From an uncultured Acidobacteriota bacterium (GTDB taxonomy: Bacteria; Acidobacteriota; Vicinamibacteria; Fen-336), in the NCBI GenBank assembly GCA_963729875.1, contig CAVSPR010000006.1, positions 595,571-659,570 of the forward strand: a stretch of DNA of 64,000 nucleotides, written 5' to 3'. This document shows positions 1 to 9,544 of this stretch, piece by piece. The position numbers and the translations under genes were made by a program. The notes under the pieces are model-generated. The model made no database searches, was not told where the DNA came from, and worked only from the letters and a program-made list of their open reading frames with translations. Position 1 is the stretch's first letter. Each line of letters starts with the position of its first letter.

Positions 1-618
1 CGGACGCTGCGCGAGCTGCAGAGCGAGCACGGCCTCGAAGGCGGCGTGTCCGTGTCCGACCTGATGCGCTTCCCGGGGACGCTCGAGCGTTTCGACGACG
101 CCGCCGCGCCGTCCCCGGCGGTGCAGGCCGCGCTCGGCCAGCTCGTGTCGCAGGCGCTCGCGGGGCTGGACGCGATGCGGGGGGCCGAGGGCGAGCGCCT
201 CCAGGCCGAGCTCGACCGTCTGCTCACCGCCATCGAGGGCGCGGCGGCGGGCATCGAGGCCCGCTCCGCGGAGTCGAAGGAGGAGCGGCAGGCCGCCCTG
301 CTCGAGCGGCTCCGGGCCCTCGTGGGCGAGCTCGGCCTCGAGGAGACCCGCCTCTACCAGGAGGTGGTCCGGGCGGTGGAGCGGCACGACGTGGCGGAGG
401 AGCTGCAGCGGCTGCGCAGCCACGCGGCGTCCGCTCGGCAGCTGATCTCGGCGACCGGCGCTCCCGCCGGCAAGCGCCTCGACTTCCTCACGCAGGAGCT
501 CATGCGCGAGGCCAACACGATCGGGAGCAAGGTGCAGGACGCCCTGGCCGTCCGCGAGGTGGTGGCCCTGAAGGCCGACATCGAGAGGCTCCGCGAGCAG
601 GTGCAGAACATTGAGTGA
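1..618 (+). CDS. YicC-family stress-induced protein, C-terminal part (5' end outside window)
   Basis: Frame is open from nt 1. The C-terminus LDFLTQELMREANTIGSK...DIERLREQVQNIE matches the conserved YicC/DUF1732 end. Stop TGA at 616-618. Confidence 0.8.
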   Translation, partial: RTLRELQSEHGLEGGVSVSDLMRFPGTLERFDDAAAPSPAVQAALGQLVSQALAGLDAMRGAEGERLQAELDRLLTAIEGAAAGIEARSAESKEERQAALLERLRALVGELGLEETRLYQEVVRAVERHDVAEELQRLRSHAASARQLISATGAPAGKRLDFLTQELMREANTIGSKVQDALAVREVVALKADIERLREQVQNIE

Positions 619-1252
619 GCACGAGCCGACGGTGGTGGTGGTCTCCGCCCCCTCGGGGGCGGGCAAGACGACGGTCCTCGCCCGCGTCCTGCGCGAGCTG
701 GGCGGAATCCGCTTCTCCGTCTCGCACACGACCCGCGCCCCGCGGGGAGCGGAGCGGGACGGCATCGAGTACCACTTCGTGACCCGCGCCGAGTTCGAGA
801 TGATGCGCGACGCGGGGCGCCTGCTCGAGTGGGCAGAGGTGCACGGCAACCTCTACGGGACCGGCGTCGCGGAGCTCGAGAGGGCGGCCACGGCCGGCGT
901 CGACATCCTGCTCGACGTGGACGTGCAGGGCGCGGCCCAGGTGCGCGAGCGCGTGCCGGGGGCGGTGACGGTGTTCATCCTCCCCCCCTCGTACGGGGTG
1001 CTCGAGCGGCGCCTCCGGGGACGGGGCCAGGACGAGGAGGCCATGATCGAGCGGCGCCTGGCCGTGGCCGGGCGCGAGATCGACGCCTTCGCGCAGTACG
1101 ACTACGCGATCGTGAACGACGACCTCGATACGTGCGTCGAGGAGCTGAAGTGCATCGTCCGGGCGGCGCGCTGCCGGGTGTCGGTGGTGAGGGAGCGGGC
1201 CCGGGCGATCGAGAGGACCTTTCAGACGGCCAAGGAGGCGAGAGGCGCATGA
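611..1252 (+). CDS. gmk: Guanylate kinase
   Basis: 213 aa. P-loop SAPSGAGKTT and the SVSHTTRAPRGAERDGIEYHF signature. TTG start overlaps the upstream stop. Confidence 0.95.
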   Translation: MSEHEPTVVVVSAPSGAGKTTVLARVLRELGGIRFSVSHTTRAPRGAERDGIEYHFVTRAEFEMMRDAGRLLEWAEVHGNLYGTGVAELERAATAGVDILLDVDVQGAAQVRERVPGAVTVFILPPSYGVLERRLRGRGQDEEAMIERRLAVAGREIDAFAQYDYAIVNDDLDTCVEELKCIVRAARCRVSVVRERARAIERTFQTAKEARGA

Positions 1253-1467
1253 AGCAGTTGATCCTTCCCAAGAACGTGGACTCGAAGTTCCGCTTCATCA
1301 CCGTGGCCGCGCAACGGGCCAAGCAGCTGCAGGCCGGCGCCAAGCCGCGGGTGGAGACGCGCTCCCGCAAGCCGACCCGGATCGCGGTCGAGGAGACGAT
1401 CGCGGAGACGATCTCGTGGGAGATCCACGACGTGCCGGAAGGCACGGAAGAGAGCCCCGCGGAGTAG
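1249..1467 (+). CDS. rpoZ: DNA-directed RNA polymerase subunit omega
   Basis: 72 aa, MKQLILPKNVDSKFRFITVAAQRAKQLQ. ATG overlaps the gmk stop (ATGA). Confidence 0.9.
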   Translation: MKQLILPKNVDSKFRFITVAAQRAKQLQAGAKPRVETRSRKPTRIAVEETIAETISWEIHDVPEGTEESPAE

Positions 1468-1472
1468 GGTCG

Positions 1473-2666
1473 GTGCCGGTCGTCGTCCTCGGCGTGACGG
1501 GGTGCATCGGGGCCTACAAGGCCTGCGAGGTCCTGCGCGAGCTGCAGAGGCGGGAGGTGGACGTGCACGTGGTCATGACCGCGGCCGCCACCCGCTTCGT
1601 GACCCCGATGACGTTCGAGGCGCTCTCCCGCCACCCCGTCTTTCACGACCAGTGGGCGCTCGGGGTGAACGGGGACATCTCCCACATCTCCCTGGCGGAC
1701 GCGGCGGCCCTGCTCCTGGTGGCCCCGGCCACCGCGAACATCGTGGGCAAGTTCGCCCGCGGGATCGCCGACGACCCGCTGAGCACGCTCTACACCGCCA
1801 CCCGGGCCCCGGTGGTGGTGGCGCCGGCGATGAACGTCAACATGTTCGAGCACCCGGCGGTCCAGGAGAACCTGGCCACGCTGCGCGCGCGCGGCGTCGG
1901 CGTCGTGGAGCCCGGCAGCGGCTACCTCGCGTGCGGATGGCTCGGCAAGGGGAGGCTCGCCGAGGTGGGCGAGATCGTCGACGCCGCCATGGCCGCCCTG
2001 CGCCGGCGCCGGGACCTCGAGGGCCAGACGGTGCTCGTGACCGCGGGCCCCACGGTGGAGGACATCGACCCCGTGCGCTTCGTCTCGAACCGTTCGTCGG
2101 GAACCATGGGCTACCGCCTCGCGGAGGCCGCGCGCGACCGGGGAGCGAAGGTGCTCCTCGTCTCCGGGCCGACCCACCTGCGCGCGCCGCACGGGGTCGA
2201 GCTGCTGCCCGTCCGGTCGGCGGCGGACATGCAGCGCGCGGTGTCGGAGCGCGTCGTCGAGGCCACGGTGGTCATCGCCGCCGCCGCCGTCAGCGACTAT
2301 CGCCCCGCCTCTGCGAGCGGCTCGAAGCTCAAGAAGACCGATGGCCCGATCGCCCTGGAGCTCGTCCGCACCCCCGACATCCTGAAAGGGCTCGGGGAGG
2401 CCAAGGGAGGCCGGCTCCTCGTGGGGTTCGCCGCCGAGACGGAGGAGCTGCTCCGCAACGCCCAGGGGAAGCTCGAGGCGAAGAACCTGGACCTCGTCGT
2501 GGCCAACGACGTCACCGCCCCGGGTGCCGGCTTCGGCGGCGAGACGAACGCCGCGGTGCTGCTGCGCCGCGACGGCGGGCGCGTGGACGTGCCCCTGGCG
2601 TCCAAGCGCGAGCTCGCCGAGCGCATCATCGACGAGGTGCGCGCGTTGCTGGACGCCCGGGCATGA
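1473..2666 (+). CDS. coaBC: Bifunctional phosphopantothenoylcysteine decarboxylase / phosphopantothenate-cysteine ligase
   Basis: VVVLGVTGCIGAYKA flavoprotein N-domain plus a CoaB-type C-domain. GTG 1473 preferred as start; the track M at 1416 adds an Arg-rich extension overlapping rpoZ. Confidence 0.9.
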   Translation: MPVVVLGVTGCIGAYKACEVLRELQRREVDVHVVMTAAATRFVTPMTFEALSRHPVFHDQWALGVNGDISHISLADAAALLLVAPATANIVGKFARGIADDPLSTLYTATRAPVVVAPAMNVNMFEHPAVQENLATLRARGVGVVEPGSGYLACGWLGKGRLAEVGEIVDAAMAALRRRRDLEGQTVLVTAGPTVEDIDPVRFVSNRSSGTMGYRLAEAARDRGAKVLLVSGPTHLRAPHGVELLPVRSAADMQRAVSERVVEATVVIAAAAVSDYRPASASGSKLKKTDGPIALELVRTPDILKGLGEAKGGRLLVGFAAETEELLRNAQGKLEAKNLDLVVANDVTAPGAGFGGETNAAVLLRRDGGRVDVPLASKRELAERIIDEVRALLDARA

Positions 2667-3394
2667 GCGAGCGCGACGAGGCCCTCGCCGACCTCCTCGC
2701 CTACGGCCGCTTTCTCGGCGGCATGAGCTCGCTCGGCGTGAGTCCGCCGTCGGTCGCGGCCCCCCAGGGCGCCGCCTCGCCCCTGCGCCCTTTTTCCGCG
2801 GCCGCCCGGACGGACGACGCGGCGGCCCCCCTCGCCGCCGTCCGCGAGGAGCTGGGCGACTGCCGGCGCTGCCGGCTCGCCGCCGGCCGCAAGACGATCG
2901 TGTTCGGCCAGGGCAACCCGCAGGCGGAGATCATGTTCGTGGGCGAGGCCCCGGGGGCCGACGAGGACGAGCAGGGTCTCGCCTTCGTGGGCCGGGCCGG
3001 GCAGCTGCTCACCGACATCATCGAGAAGGGCATGCGGCTCAAGCGCTCGGACGTCTTCATCGCGAACGTCATCAAGTGCCGCCCGCCGCAGAACCGCAAC
3101 CCGGAGCCGGACGAGATCCTCGCGTGCCAGCCCTTCCTCGAGGCCCAGATCCGGGCCATCCGCCCGCGGGTCCTCGTCGGCCTCGGCAAGTTCGGGGCGC
3201 AGTGGCTGCTCCGGACCGCCGAGCCCATCTCCCGGCTGCGGGGCCGCTTCGGCGAGCGCGAGGGGATCCCGGTGATGCCGACCTTCCACCCGGCCTACCT
3301 GCTCCGCAACCCGGCGGGCAAGAAGGACGTCTGGGAGGACATGAAGGCGGTCCTCCGGCTCCTGGCTCGCCCCGTCCCCGGCGAGGCGGACTGA
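2663..3394 (+). CDS. Uracil-DNA glycosylase, family 4
   Basis: Motifs [28 protein letters not shown] and [15 protein letters not shown] overlaps the coaBC stop. Embedded in the longer spurious track ORF 1502..3394. Confidence 0.9.
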   Translation: MSERDEALADLLAYGRFLGGMSSLGVSPPSVAAPQGAASPLRPFSAAARTDDAAAPLAAVREELGDCRRCRLAAGRKTIVFGQGNPQAEIMFVGEAPGADEDEQGLAFVGRAGQLLTDIIEKGMRLKRSDVFIANVIKCRPPQNRNPEPDEILACQPFLEAQIRAIRPRVLVGLGKFGAQWLLRTAEPISRLRGRFGEREGIPVMPTFHPAYLLRNPAGKKDVWEDMKAVLRLLARPVPGEAD

Positions 3395-3433
3395 GGCGCG
3401 GCCGGACCTCGCCGCTCACCCCCGGCGGATAAA

Positions 3434-5809
3434 GTGGCATCCGTGGACGCCCGCCTCGTCGCCGTGGCGCTGCCGGTTCCCTTCCAGGCCCCGTTCACGT
3501 ACCGCATGCCGAAGGGCGAGCCCGTGCCCGAGCGCGGGGTGCGGGTGCTCGTGCCCTTCGGCGGCCGTCGGATGATCGGAGTCGTCACCGGGGCCGCGGC
3601 CGAGGACGCGGGGCGTGCCCTCAAGGACGTGGTGGAGGTGCTCGACGAGGGCCCTCTCGTCGAGCCGCCGCTGCTCGATCTCGCGGACTGGATGGCCGAT
3701 CACTACCTCGCTCCTCCCGGAGAGTGCTACCGGATGGTCCTGCCCCCGGCGGGGGTGCGCGCCAGTCGCGCCGTCGTGCGCCTCGTCCGGCCGGCGGAGG
3801 GCACGGAAGACCGCGTCCTCCGCGAGCTGCAGGCCGGTCCGCTGCGCCTGTCCGCCCTCGGCCGCAGACTCGGAGTCGATCCCCAGGCACACGTCTCGCG
3901 CCTGCGACATTCCGGCCTGGTGGAGGTGGTCCAGGACCTGGGCGCGCCCGGCTTCCGCGACCTGCAGGTGGCCATCCTCGGCGCGGCCGCGGTCGAACCG
4001 CGAGGCCGGGCCCAGGCCGAGCTCTTGAGGCGCCTGCGCGAGGCCGGTGGCCGCGCTCGCGTGGCGGACCTCGTGCGCGATCGGCCGTCCCTCCGCGGCG
4101 CGATCGCCCGGCTCGCCGAGACGGGGGCCCTGCGCCTCCTCACCGAGCGCGACGTGCGGGAGCCGGAGGGCCTTCCCGCCCGCGAGGACGGCCCCCTCAC
4201 GCCGACCTCGGACCAGAACGAGGCCCTGCGGCCCCTGCTCGACGGCCTCGGGAGCGCGACGTTCCGCCCCTTCCTCCTCCACGGCGTCACCGGCAGCGGG
4301 AAGACCGAGGTGTACTTCGGGGCGATCGAGGCCGCTCTCGCGCAGGGCCGGGGGGCGATCGTCCTCGTTCCCGAGATCGGCCTCACCCCCATGCTCGTGC
4401 GGGCGGCGCGCGCGCGGTTCGGGGCCACGGTCTCCGTTCTGCACAGCGACCTCTCGGCGGGGGAGCGGCACGACCAGTGGTGGCGCGTCCGGGAGGCAGA
4501 CGCGAGGGTGGTGGTCGGGGCCCGCTCGGCCGTGTTCGCCCCCGTCCCCGGGCTCGGGCTGGTGGTGGTGGACGAGGAGCACGACGGGGCCTACAAGCAG
4601 GACGAGAGCCCGCGCTACCACGGGCGCGACGTCGCGGTGATGCGGGCGCAGCTCGAGGGCTGCCCGGTCGTGCTGGGCTCGGCGACGCCCTCGCTCGAGT
4701 CGCACGCGAACGCGCAACGCGGCAAGTACGACCGGCTGGTCCTGCCCCGGCGCATCGGGCCCCAGGGCCTGCCGCGCGTCGAGATCGTGGACCGCCGGTC
4801 CGTCCTCAGGGCCGGCGGGGACCCCATCCTGAGCCCCGCGCTGCGCGAGGCCCTGGCCGCCCGGCTCGCGCGCCGCGAGCAGAGCCTCCTCCTCCTGAAC
4901 CGCCGGGGCTACGCCACGAGCCTCCTCTGCCGGGAGTGCGGGCAGGAGGCCATGTGCCCCAACTGCTCGGTGTCGCTCACGCTGCACCAGGGAGGGCGCT
5001 CGGCGCTCTGCCACTACTGCGCTCACGAGGCCCCCTCGCCCACGGCGTGTCCGTCCTGCCACGGGGCGTACCTGCGGCTCACCGGCTTCGGGACCGAGCG
5101 CGTGGCCGAGGCCGTCCAGGCGGCCCTGCCCGGGGCGCGCGTGGAGCGGCTCGACCGCGACCGCGCCCGCCGGAGGGGTGTCCTCGCCCAGACGCTGGCC
5201 GCGTTCGAGAGCGGCGCGATCGACGTCCTCGTGGGCACGCAGATGATCGCCAAGGGGCACGACTTCCCGCGAGTGACGCTGGTCGGGGTGGTGGACGCCG
5301 ACGTCGGCCTCGGCATCCCGGACTTCCGCTCGGCCGAGCGGACGTTCCAGCTCCTGACGCAGGTGGCGGGCCGCGCCGGGCGCGGCGAGACGGCCGGCGA
5401 GGTGATCCTGCAGAGCCACATGCCGGACCACTACTCGCTCGGCGCCGCCTGCGCACAGGACTACGACGCGTTCTTCGAGCGCGAGATGGAGTTCCGACGC
5501 ACGATGGGCTACCCGCCGGTGGCCGCGCTCGTGAACGTCGTGGTGCGCGCGGCCGACGCGGCGAAGGGCGCGGCCGAGGCGCAGGCCCTGGGCGCCGAGC
5601 TGCGCGCCCGGGCGGCGGGGAAATACCGCGTCCTCGGTCCCGCCAGCGCGCCGCTCGCCCGGCTGCGCAACGAGCACCGCTTCCAGGTCCTGCTCAAGGG
5701 CCACCGTCCCGCCATGCGCGAGGCCGTCCGCGCCACGCTCGTGGCGCGCTACGGCGCGCAGCGGTGGCCGGGAGTCGCGGTGGACGTGGACCCGCTGACC
5801 GTGATGTAG
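3434..5809 (+). CDS. priA: Primosomal protein N' (replication restart helicase PriA)
   Basis: 791 aa uninterrupted. Walker A GVTGSGKTEVY, DEEH box, Cys-rich zinc region CRECG..CPNCS..CHYC..CPSC. Confidence 0.93.
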   Translation: MASVDARLVAVALPVPFQAPFTYRMPKGEPVPERGVRVLVPFGGRRMIGVVTGAAAEDAGRALKDVVEVLDEGPLVEPPLLDLADWMADHYLAPPGECYRMVLPPAGVRASRAVVRLVRPAEGTEDRVLRELQAGPLRLSALGRRLGVDPQAHVSRLRHSGLVEVVQDLGAPGFRDLQVAILGAAAVEPRGRAQAELLRRLREAGGRARVADLVRDRPSLRGAIARLAETGALRLLTERDVREPEGLPAREDGPLTPTSDQNEALRPLLDGLGSATFRPFLLHGVTGSGKTEVYFGAIEAALAQGRGAIVLVPEIGLTPMLVRAARARFGATVSVLHSDLSAGERHDQWWRVREADARVVVGARSAVFAPVPGLGLVVVDEEHDGAYKQDESPRYHGRDVAVMRAQLEGCPVVLGSATPSLESHANAQRGKYDRLVLPRRIGPQGLPRVEIVDRRSVLRAGGDPILSPALREALAARLARREQSLLLLNRRGYATSLLCRECGQEAMCPNCSVSLTLHQGGRSALCHYCAHEAPSPTACPSCHGAYLRLTGFGTERVAEAVQAALPGARVERLDRDRARRRGVLAQTLAAFESGAIDVLVGTQMIAKGHDFPRVTLVGVVDADVGLGIPDFRSAERTFQLLTQVAGRAGRGETAGEVILQSHMPDHYSLGAACAQDYDAFFEREMEFRRTMGYPPVAALVNVVVRAADAAKGAAEAQALGAELRARAAGKYRVLGPASAPLARLRNEHRFQVLLKGHRPAMREAVRATLVARYGAQRWPGVAVDVDPLTVM

Positions 5810-5828
5810 GGCGGGGAAGCCCGGCCGG

Positions 5829-6839
5829 TCAGCGCAGCCGGCGGTCGAGGCCGAGCGCCTCGAAGAAGTCGCGCCACGAGAAGACGATCGGGTCCGGCAC
5901 GAAGCACACCACGAAGACGGCGAGGCCCAACAGACCCACCCACGCGCGGCCCCGGCCCACCGGGTCGTCGTCGTCGAGGGTCGAGGGGTGTCGGCGGCCA
6001 AGGACGCGCACGAGCACGGCCCAGAGGATCCAGTTGGGTCCGAAGTAGACGAGGGCGACGCACACCCACGACCCGATCCGCGAGATGAGGCGCGCGCGCT
6101 CGCGCAGTAGCGCGTACGTGACGTGGCCCCCGTCGAGCTGGCCGATCGGCATCAGGTTGAGGGCAGTCACGAAGAGGCCGAACCAGGCGGCGAGACCCCA
6201 CTGGCCCATGACGAGCGTCTGGTCGTCGCGGATCGCGCCGTGCACCAGGCGCGCCATCCACTGGAAGGCCAGCGGCTCGCCGAAGAACATGCCCCCCGCG
6301 TCGGCGGGGAGCGCCTGGACGGTCGCCTCCCGGATCCCGAGCCACAGGACGGGGAGGCAGACGGCGAAGCCGGCGAGCGGTCCCGCGATGCCGATGTCGA
6401 ACAGGGCGCGCCGGTTCGGGATCGGGCCGCGGATGCGGATGAAGGCGCCCAGGGTGCCCACGAGGCTGAAGCCGGGCAGCGGGAAGGGAATGAAGAAGGG
6501 GAGCGTCGCGTCGACGCCGTAGTACCGCGCGGTGAGGTAGTGGCCCATCTCGTGGGCGAGCAGGATCCCGAGGAGGCCGACCACGAGCCGGGTGCCGTCG
6601 GCGACGTCGACGGCGAGGACGGAGGCGTGGCCCGGGAGCTCGATCGTGCGCAGCCCGCCCACGAGGAAGACGGAGGCCACGGTGAGAAGGAAGAGGACGA
6701 GGTTCCGGCCCCAGCGCTGCCAGGCCGACCGGGGCGGCGTGGGGTAGACCCACGCGCGCTCCCACCGGATGGGGAGCGGCTCCGGGGACAGTGGCGGCAA
6801 CCCCGGGAGCGGTGGCCCGGGAGGGTTGGGAAGGCCCAC
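5829..6839 (-). CDS. Site-2 protease family membrane metalloprotease (peptidase M50)
   Basis: 336 aa polytopic protein with HEMGH zinc motif and LPFFIPFP segment. Confidence 0.85.
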   Translation of the reverse strand: MGLPNPPGPPLPGLPPLSPEPLPIRWERAWVYPTPPRSAWQRWGRNLVLFLLTVASVFLVGGLRTIELPGHASVLAVDVADGTRLVVGLLGILLAHEMGHYLTARYYGVDATLPFFIPFPLPGFSLVGTLGAFIRIRGPIPNRRALFDIGIAGPLAGFAVCLPVLWLGIREATVQALPADAGGMFFGEPLAFQWMARLVHGAIRDDQTLVMGQWGLAAWFGLFVTALNLMPIGQLDGGHVTYALLRERARLISRIGSWVCVALVYFGPNWILWAVLVRVLGRRHPSTLDDDDPVGRGRAWVGLLGLAVFVVCFVPDPIVFSWRDFFEALGLDRRLR

Positions 6840-6853
6840 GCGGGCGCTTCGCT

Positions 6854-7126
6854 CTACAGGGCCAGGCTCTGGAGGTCCTTGCCGGGCTTGAAGCGGATCG
6901 TGCGTCCCGGTGGGATCCGCACCTCCTTGCCCGTTCGAGGGTTACGGCCGATGCCGCGCTTGCGGGGCTTCACCTGGAAGACCCCGAAGCCGCGCAGCTC
7001 GATCCTCTCACCCTTCATCAAGGAGTCCTTCATCGCCTCGAGGACGGCCTCGACCGCGACCTCGGCCCGCACCTTGGTGACGTCGGCGGCCTTCGCCACC
7101 TCGTTGATGATGTCCACCTTGATCAT
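6854..7126 (-). CDS. HU/IHF-family nucleoid-associated DNA-binding protein
   Basis: 90 aa. RGFGVFQVKPRKRGIGRNPRTGKEV beta-arm. AGGAGG Shine-Dalgarno upstream of the ATG. Confidence 0.9.
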   Translation of the reverse strand: MIKVDIINEVAKAADVTKVRAEVAVEAVLEAMKDSLMKGERIELRGFGVFQVKPRKRGIGRNPRTGKEVRIPPGRTIRFKPGKDLQSLAL

Positions 7127-7153
7127 GGGGATGGACCTCCTCCTAAGTAACGG

Positions 7154-7185
7154 TTAGTATGCACTTTGCCGGTTTCTTGTGTCAA
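7154..7185 (-). promoter_or_regulatory. Putative sigma70-type promoter of the HU-like gene
   Basis: On the minus strand: TTGACA (7185-7180), about 18 nt spacer, CATACT/TACTAA (7161-7154), then AGGAGG and ATG. Confidence 0.5.
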
Positions 7186-7208
7186 ACCGCCCCTAGCCCT
7201 GGACCGTC

Positions 7209-8537
7209 ATGATCCCCCTGCCTCGAGTCGCCCTCGTCGGCCGGCCCAACGTCGGCAAGTCGACCCTCTTCAACCGGATCTGCGGGCGCCGCAAGGCGAT
7301 CACCGACGGCCGCCCCGGCTCCACGCGCGACCGCAACTACGCCCAGGTGAGCTGGCAGGGGCGCGCGTTCGAGCTCGTGGACACCGGCGGCCTCCTCCTC
7401 GGCTCCGACGACCCCCTGCTCGGGCCCGCGGCGGCCCAGGCCGAGCGGGCGATCGAGGAAGCGGACGTCGTGCTCTTCGTCCTGGACGGCCGGGCGGGCC
7501 TGCTCCCCGACGACGAGGCCATCGCGCGTCGGTTGCGTCGCGAGGGCAAGCGCGTCGTCCTCGTGGTCAACAAGGTGGAGGGCCGCGAGGAGGACGTCTC
7601 CGAGTTCTCGCGCCTCGGCTTCGACGACACGCGGTGCGTCTCGGCCGAGCACGGGCAGGGCGTCGGCGACCTGCTCGACGCGGCGCTCGAGGGCCTGCCC
7701 GCGGTGGCGCTGGTCGAGGACGAGAAGGCCCCGGTTCCTCTCGCGCTCGTCGGGCGGCCGAACGTCGGCAAGTCGTCGATCCTGAACCGGCTGGTCGGTC
7801 GGGAGCGGTCCGTCGTGTCCGCGATCCCGGGTACGACCCGCGACTCGGTGGACGAGGTGTTCGAGCGCGCGGGGCGGCGCTACCGCCTGGTGGACACGGC
7901 CGGGATCCGCAAGGTGCGCCTGCTCCAGGAGAGCGTCGACCACGTGAGCGTGGTGCAGTCCCGGCGTGCGATCGAGCGCGCGCACGTCGCCATCCTCGTC
8001 CTCGACGCGGGGGAGGGGCTGCGCGAGATGGACGCCACGATCGGCGGGGAGATCCTCGAGGCCGGCGCGGGCGTCGTGATCGCGGTGAACAAGTGGGACC
8101 TGGCGATCGAGAAGAGGACCTCCCAGCGCGCCTTCGAGAGCGACGTGCGGGAGCACCTGAAGTTCCTGCCCTGGGCCCCGCTCGCCTTCGTGTCGGCGAA
8201 GTCCGGCAAGGGGCTGGGCGGCCTCCTCGACGCCGTCGACCGCGTTCACGCCGCTCGCGCGGCACGCGTGACGACCGGCGAGTTCAACCGCCTGCTGGCG
8301 CGCGCGGCGGAGGCGAACGCCCCCAAGGCGGACAAAGGGAACCGGCCCGTCAGCATCCTGTACGGCAGCCAGATCGGGATCGCCCCGCCCACGTTCGCGG
8401 TCTCGATCAACCACCCGGTGGACCTGCACTTCTCGTATCGGCGGTACCTCGAGAACCGCATCCGCGAGGCGTTCGGATTCGAGGGCACTCCCATCCGGCT
8501 GAAAGTGCGCCACCGGAGGCGAAAAGCGCGCTCGTAA
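7209..8537 (+). CDS. der: Ribosome-associated GTPase Der (EngA)
   Basis: 442 aa with two tandem G domains (GRPNVGKSTLFN and GRPNVGKSSILN) plus a KH-like C-terminus. Confidence 0.95.
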   Translation: MIPLPRVALVGRPNVGKSTLFNRICGRRKAITDGRPGSTRDRNYAQVSWQGRAFELVDTGGLLLGSDDPLLGPAAAQAERAIEEADVVLFVLDGRAGLLPDDEAIARRLRREGKRVVLVVNKVEGREEDVSEFSRLGFDDTRCVSAEHGQGVGDLLDAALEGLPAVALVEDEKAPVPLALVGRPNVGKSSILNRLVGRERSVVSAIPGTTRDSVDEVFERAGRRYRLVDTAGIRKVRLLQESVDHVSVVQSRRAIERAHVAILVLDAGEGLREMDATIGGEILEAGAGVVIAVNKWDLAIEKRTSQRAFESDVREHLKFLPWAPLAFVSAKSGKGLGGLLDAVDRVHAARAARVTTGEFNRLLARAAEANAPKADKGNRPVSILYGSQIGIAPPTFAVSINHPVDLHFSYRRYLENRIREAFGFEGTPIRLKVRHRRRKARS

Positions 8538-8556
8538 GCTCAAGAAACGCTTGAGC
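8538..8556 (+). terminator. Intrinsic terminator-like hairpin after der
   Basis: GCTCAAG-aaacg-CTTGAGC (7 bp stem) starts directly after the TAA stop and is followed by tttccgttctt. Confidence 0.6.
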
Positions 8557-8565
8557 TTTCCGTTC

Positions 8566-8595
8566 TTGACAGGCTTTGGCGTCTTCTCATATACT
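8566..8595 (+). promoter_or_regulatory. Putative sigma70-type promoter of the ihfA-like gene
   Basis: TTGACA (8566-8571), 18-nt spacer, TATACT (8590-8595), about 70 nt upstream of the start codon. Confidence 0.55.
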
Positions 8596-8666
8596 CCCTG
8601 CGCGTTTGTCGTGTAAGTGCTGTTAGTGCCGGGATTTTTTGGGACTCGCCGACGCGGGGCTCGGGG

Positions 8667-8957
8667 ATGACGAAGGCCGACATTGCGAGGATCGTCTACG
8701 AGCGGCACGGAGGAATATCCAACCGCGAGGCGGCCCGCCTCGTCGAGGTCATCTTCGAGACCATCAAGCGACACCTGGGCGAGGGCGAGAAAGTCCAGAT
8801 CACCGGCTTCGGCACCTTCCTGGTCCGCCAGAAGAGGGAGCGTCGAGGACGCAATCCCCAGACTGGAGAGGAGATGCTCATCAGGCCCCGCAGTTCGGTC
8901 GTCTTCCGCCCCTCCAAGCTCGTGGCGCCCGCGGTGAACGAGGCCGCGGCCGACTAG
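8667..8957 (+). CDS. ihfA: Integration host factor alpha-like protein (HU/IHF family)
   Basis: 96 aa. GFGTFLVRQKRERRGRNPQTGEEM resembles the IHF-alpha arm (GFGNF..R..RPGRNPKTGE). Confidence 0.75.
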   Translation: MTKADIARIVYERHGGISNREAARLVEVIFETIKRHLGEGEKVQITGFGTFLVRQKRERRGRNPQTGEEMLIRPRSSVVFRPSKLVAPAVNEAAAD

Positions 8958-8973
8958 ACGGAAGAGACCGCCC

Positions 8974-9399
8974 ATGGACGCGAAGCAGATCCCCAACAAG
9001 CTCTTCTTCAAGATCGGCGAGGTGTGCGAGATCACGGACACCCAGCCGTACGTGCTGCGGTACTGGGAGTCCGAGTTCCCCGCGCTCGCCCCGGCGAAGA
9101 ACAGCTCCGGCCAGCGCATCTACCGCCGGAAGGACATCGAGACCGTGCTCCGGATCAAGCAGCTCCTCTACGAGGAGGGCTTCACCATCGCCGGGGCCAA
9201 GAAGCGGCTCGAGACCGAGCTCGGCGGCCGCGGGGGGACGCCGTCGGCGATGGCGAGCCTGCCCGAGACCGTCGTCGCGACGGTGGAGCCGGAGCCGGCG
9301 CCGGGTGCCGACACCACGCGCGAGGTGCTGCACGAGGTGCGCGAGCACCTGCGCGAAATCTTGACCCTCCTGGACAAGGGTGATAGAAAGAGCAATTGA
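8974..9399 (+). CDS. MerR-family transcriptional regulator
   Basis: 141 aa. N-terminal HTH FKIGEVCEITDTQPYVLRYWESEF...RIYRRKDIETVLRIKQLLYEEGFTIAGAKKRL. Confidence 0.85.
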   Translation: MDAKQIPNKLFFKIGEVCEITDTQPYVLRYWESEFPALAPAKNSSGQRIYRRKDIETVLRIKQLLYEEGFTIAGAKKRLETELGGRGGTPSAMASLPETVVATVEPEPAPGADTTREVLHEVREHLREILTLLDKGDRKSN

Positions 9400-9406
9400 T
9401 CCGATT

Positions 9407-9483
9407 CGGGATGTAGCGCAGCCTGGTAGCGCACCTGCTTGGGGTGCAGGTGGTCCCGGGTTCAAATCCCGGCATCCCGACCA
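9407..9483 (+). tRNA. tRNA-Pro (anticodon GGG)
   Basis: Cloverleaf by hand: acceptor CGGGATG/CATCCCG, anticodon stem CCTGC/GCAGG with loop TTGGGGT, T-arm GGTTCAAATCC, encoded CCA. Confidence 0.9.
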
Positions 9484-9499
9484 GCACTCATCGACATAA

Positions 9500-9534
9500 G
9501 AGCCCCGGGCACGTCGCCCGGGGCTCGCTTTTTT
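9500..9534 (+). terminator. Rho-independent terminator after tRNA-Pro(GGG)
   Basis: 11-bp GC stem GAGCCCCGGGC-acgtc-GCCCGGGGCTC followed by gcTTTTTT. Confidence 0.85.
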
Positions 9535-9544
9535 CCGGGGAGCC

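Noticed and set aside
3416-6001. An 861-aa ORF antisense to priA. Similar giant ORFs: 975..2192(-), 20669..22267(-), 36885..39272(+), 39025..41337(+), 49205..51070(+), 58440..60869(-).
   Set aside because: They lie antisense to, or out of frame with, strongly conserved genes. They are extremely Arg/Pro/Gly/Ala-rich with no recognisable motifs. This is the expected stop-codon scarcity of about 73% GC DNA, not overlapping genes.
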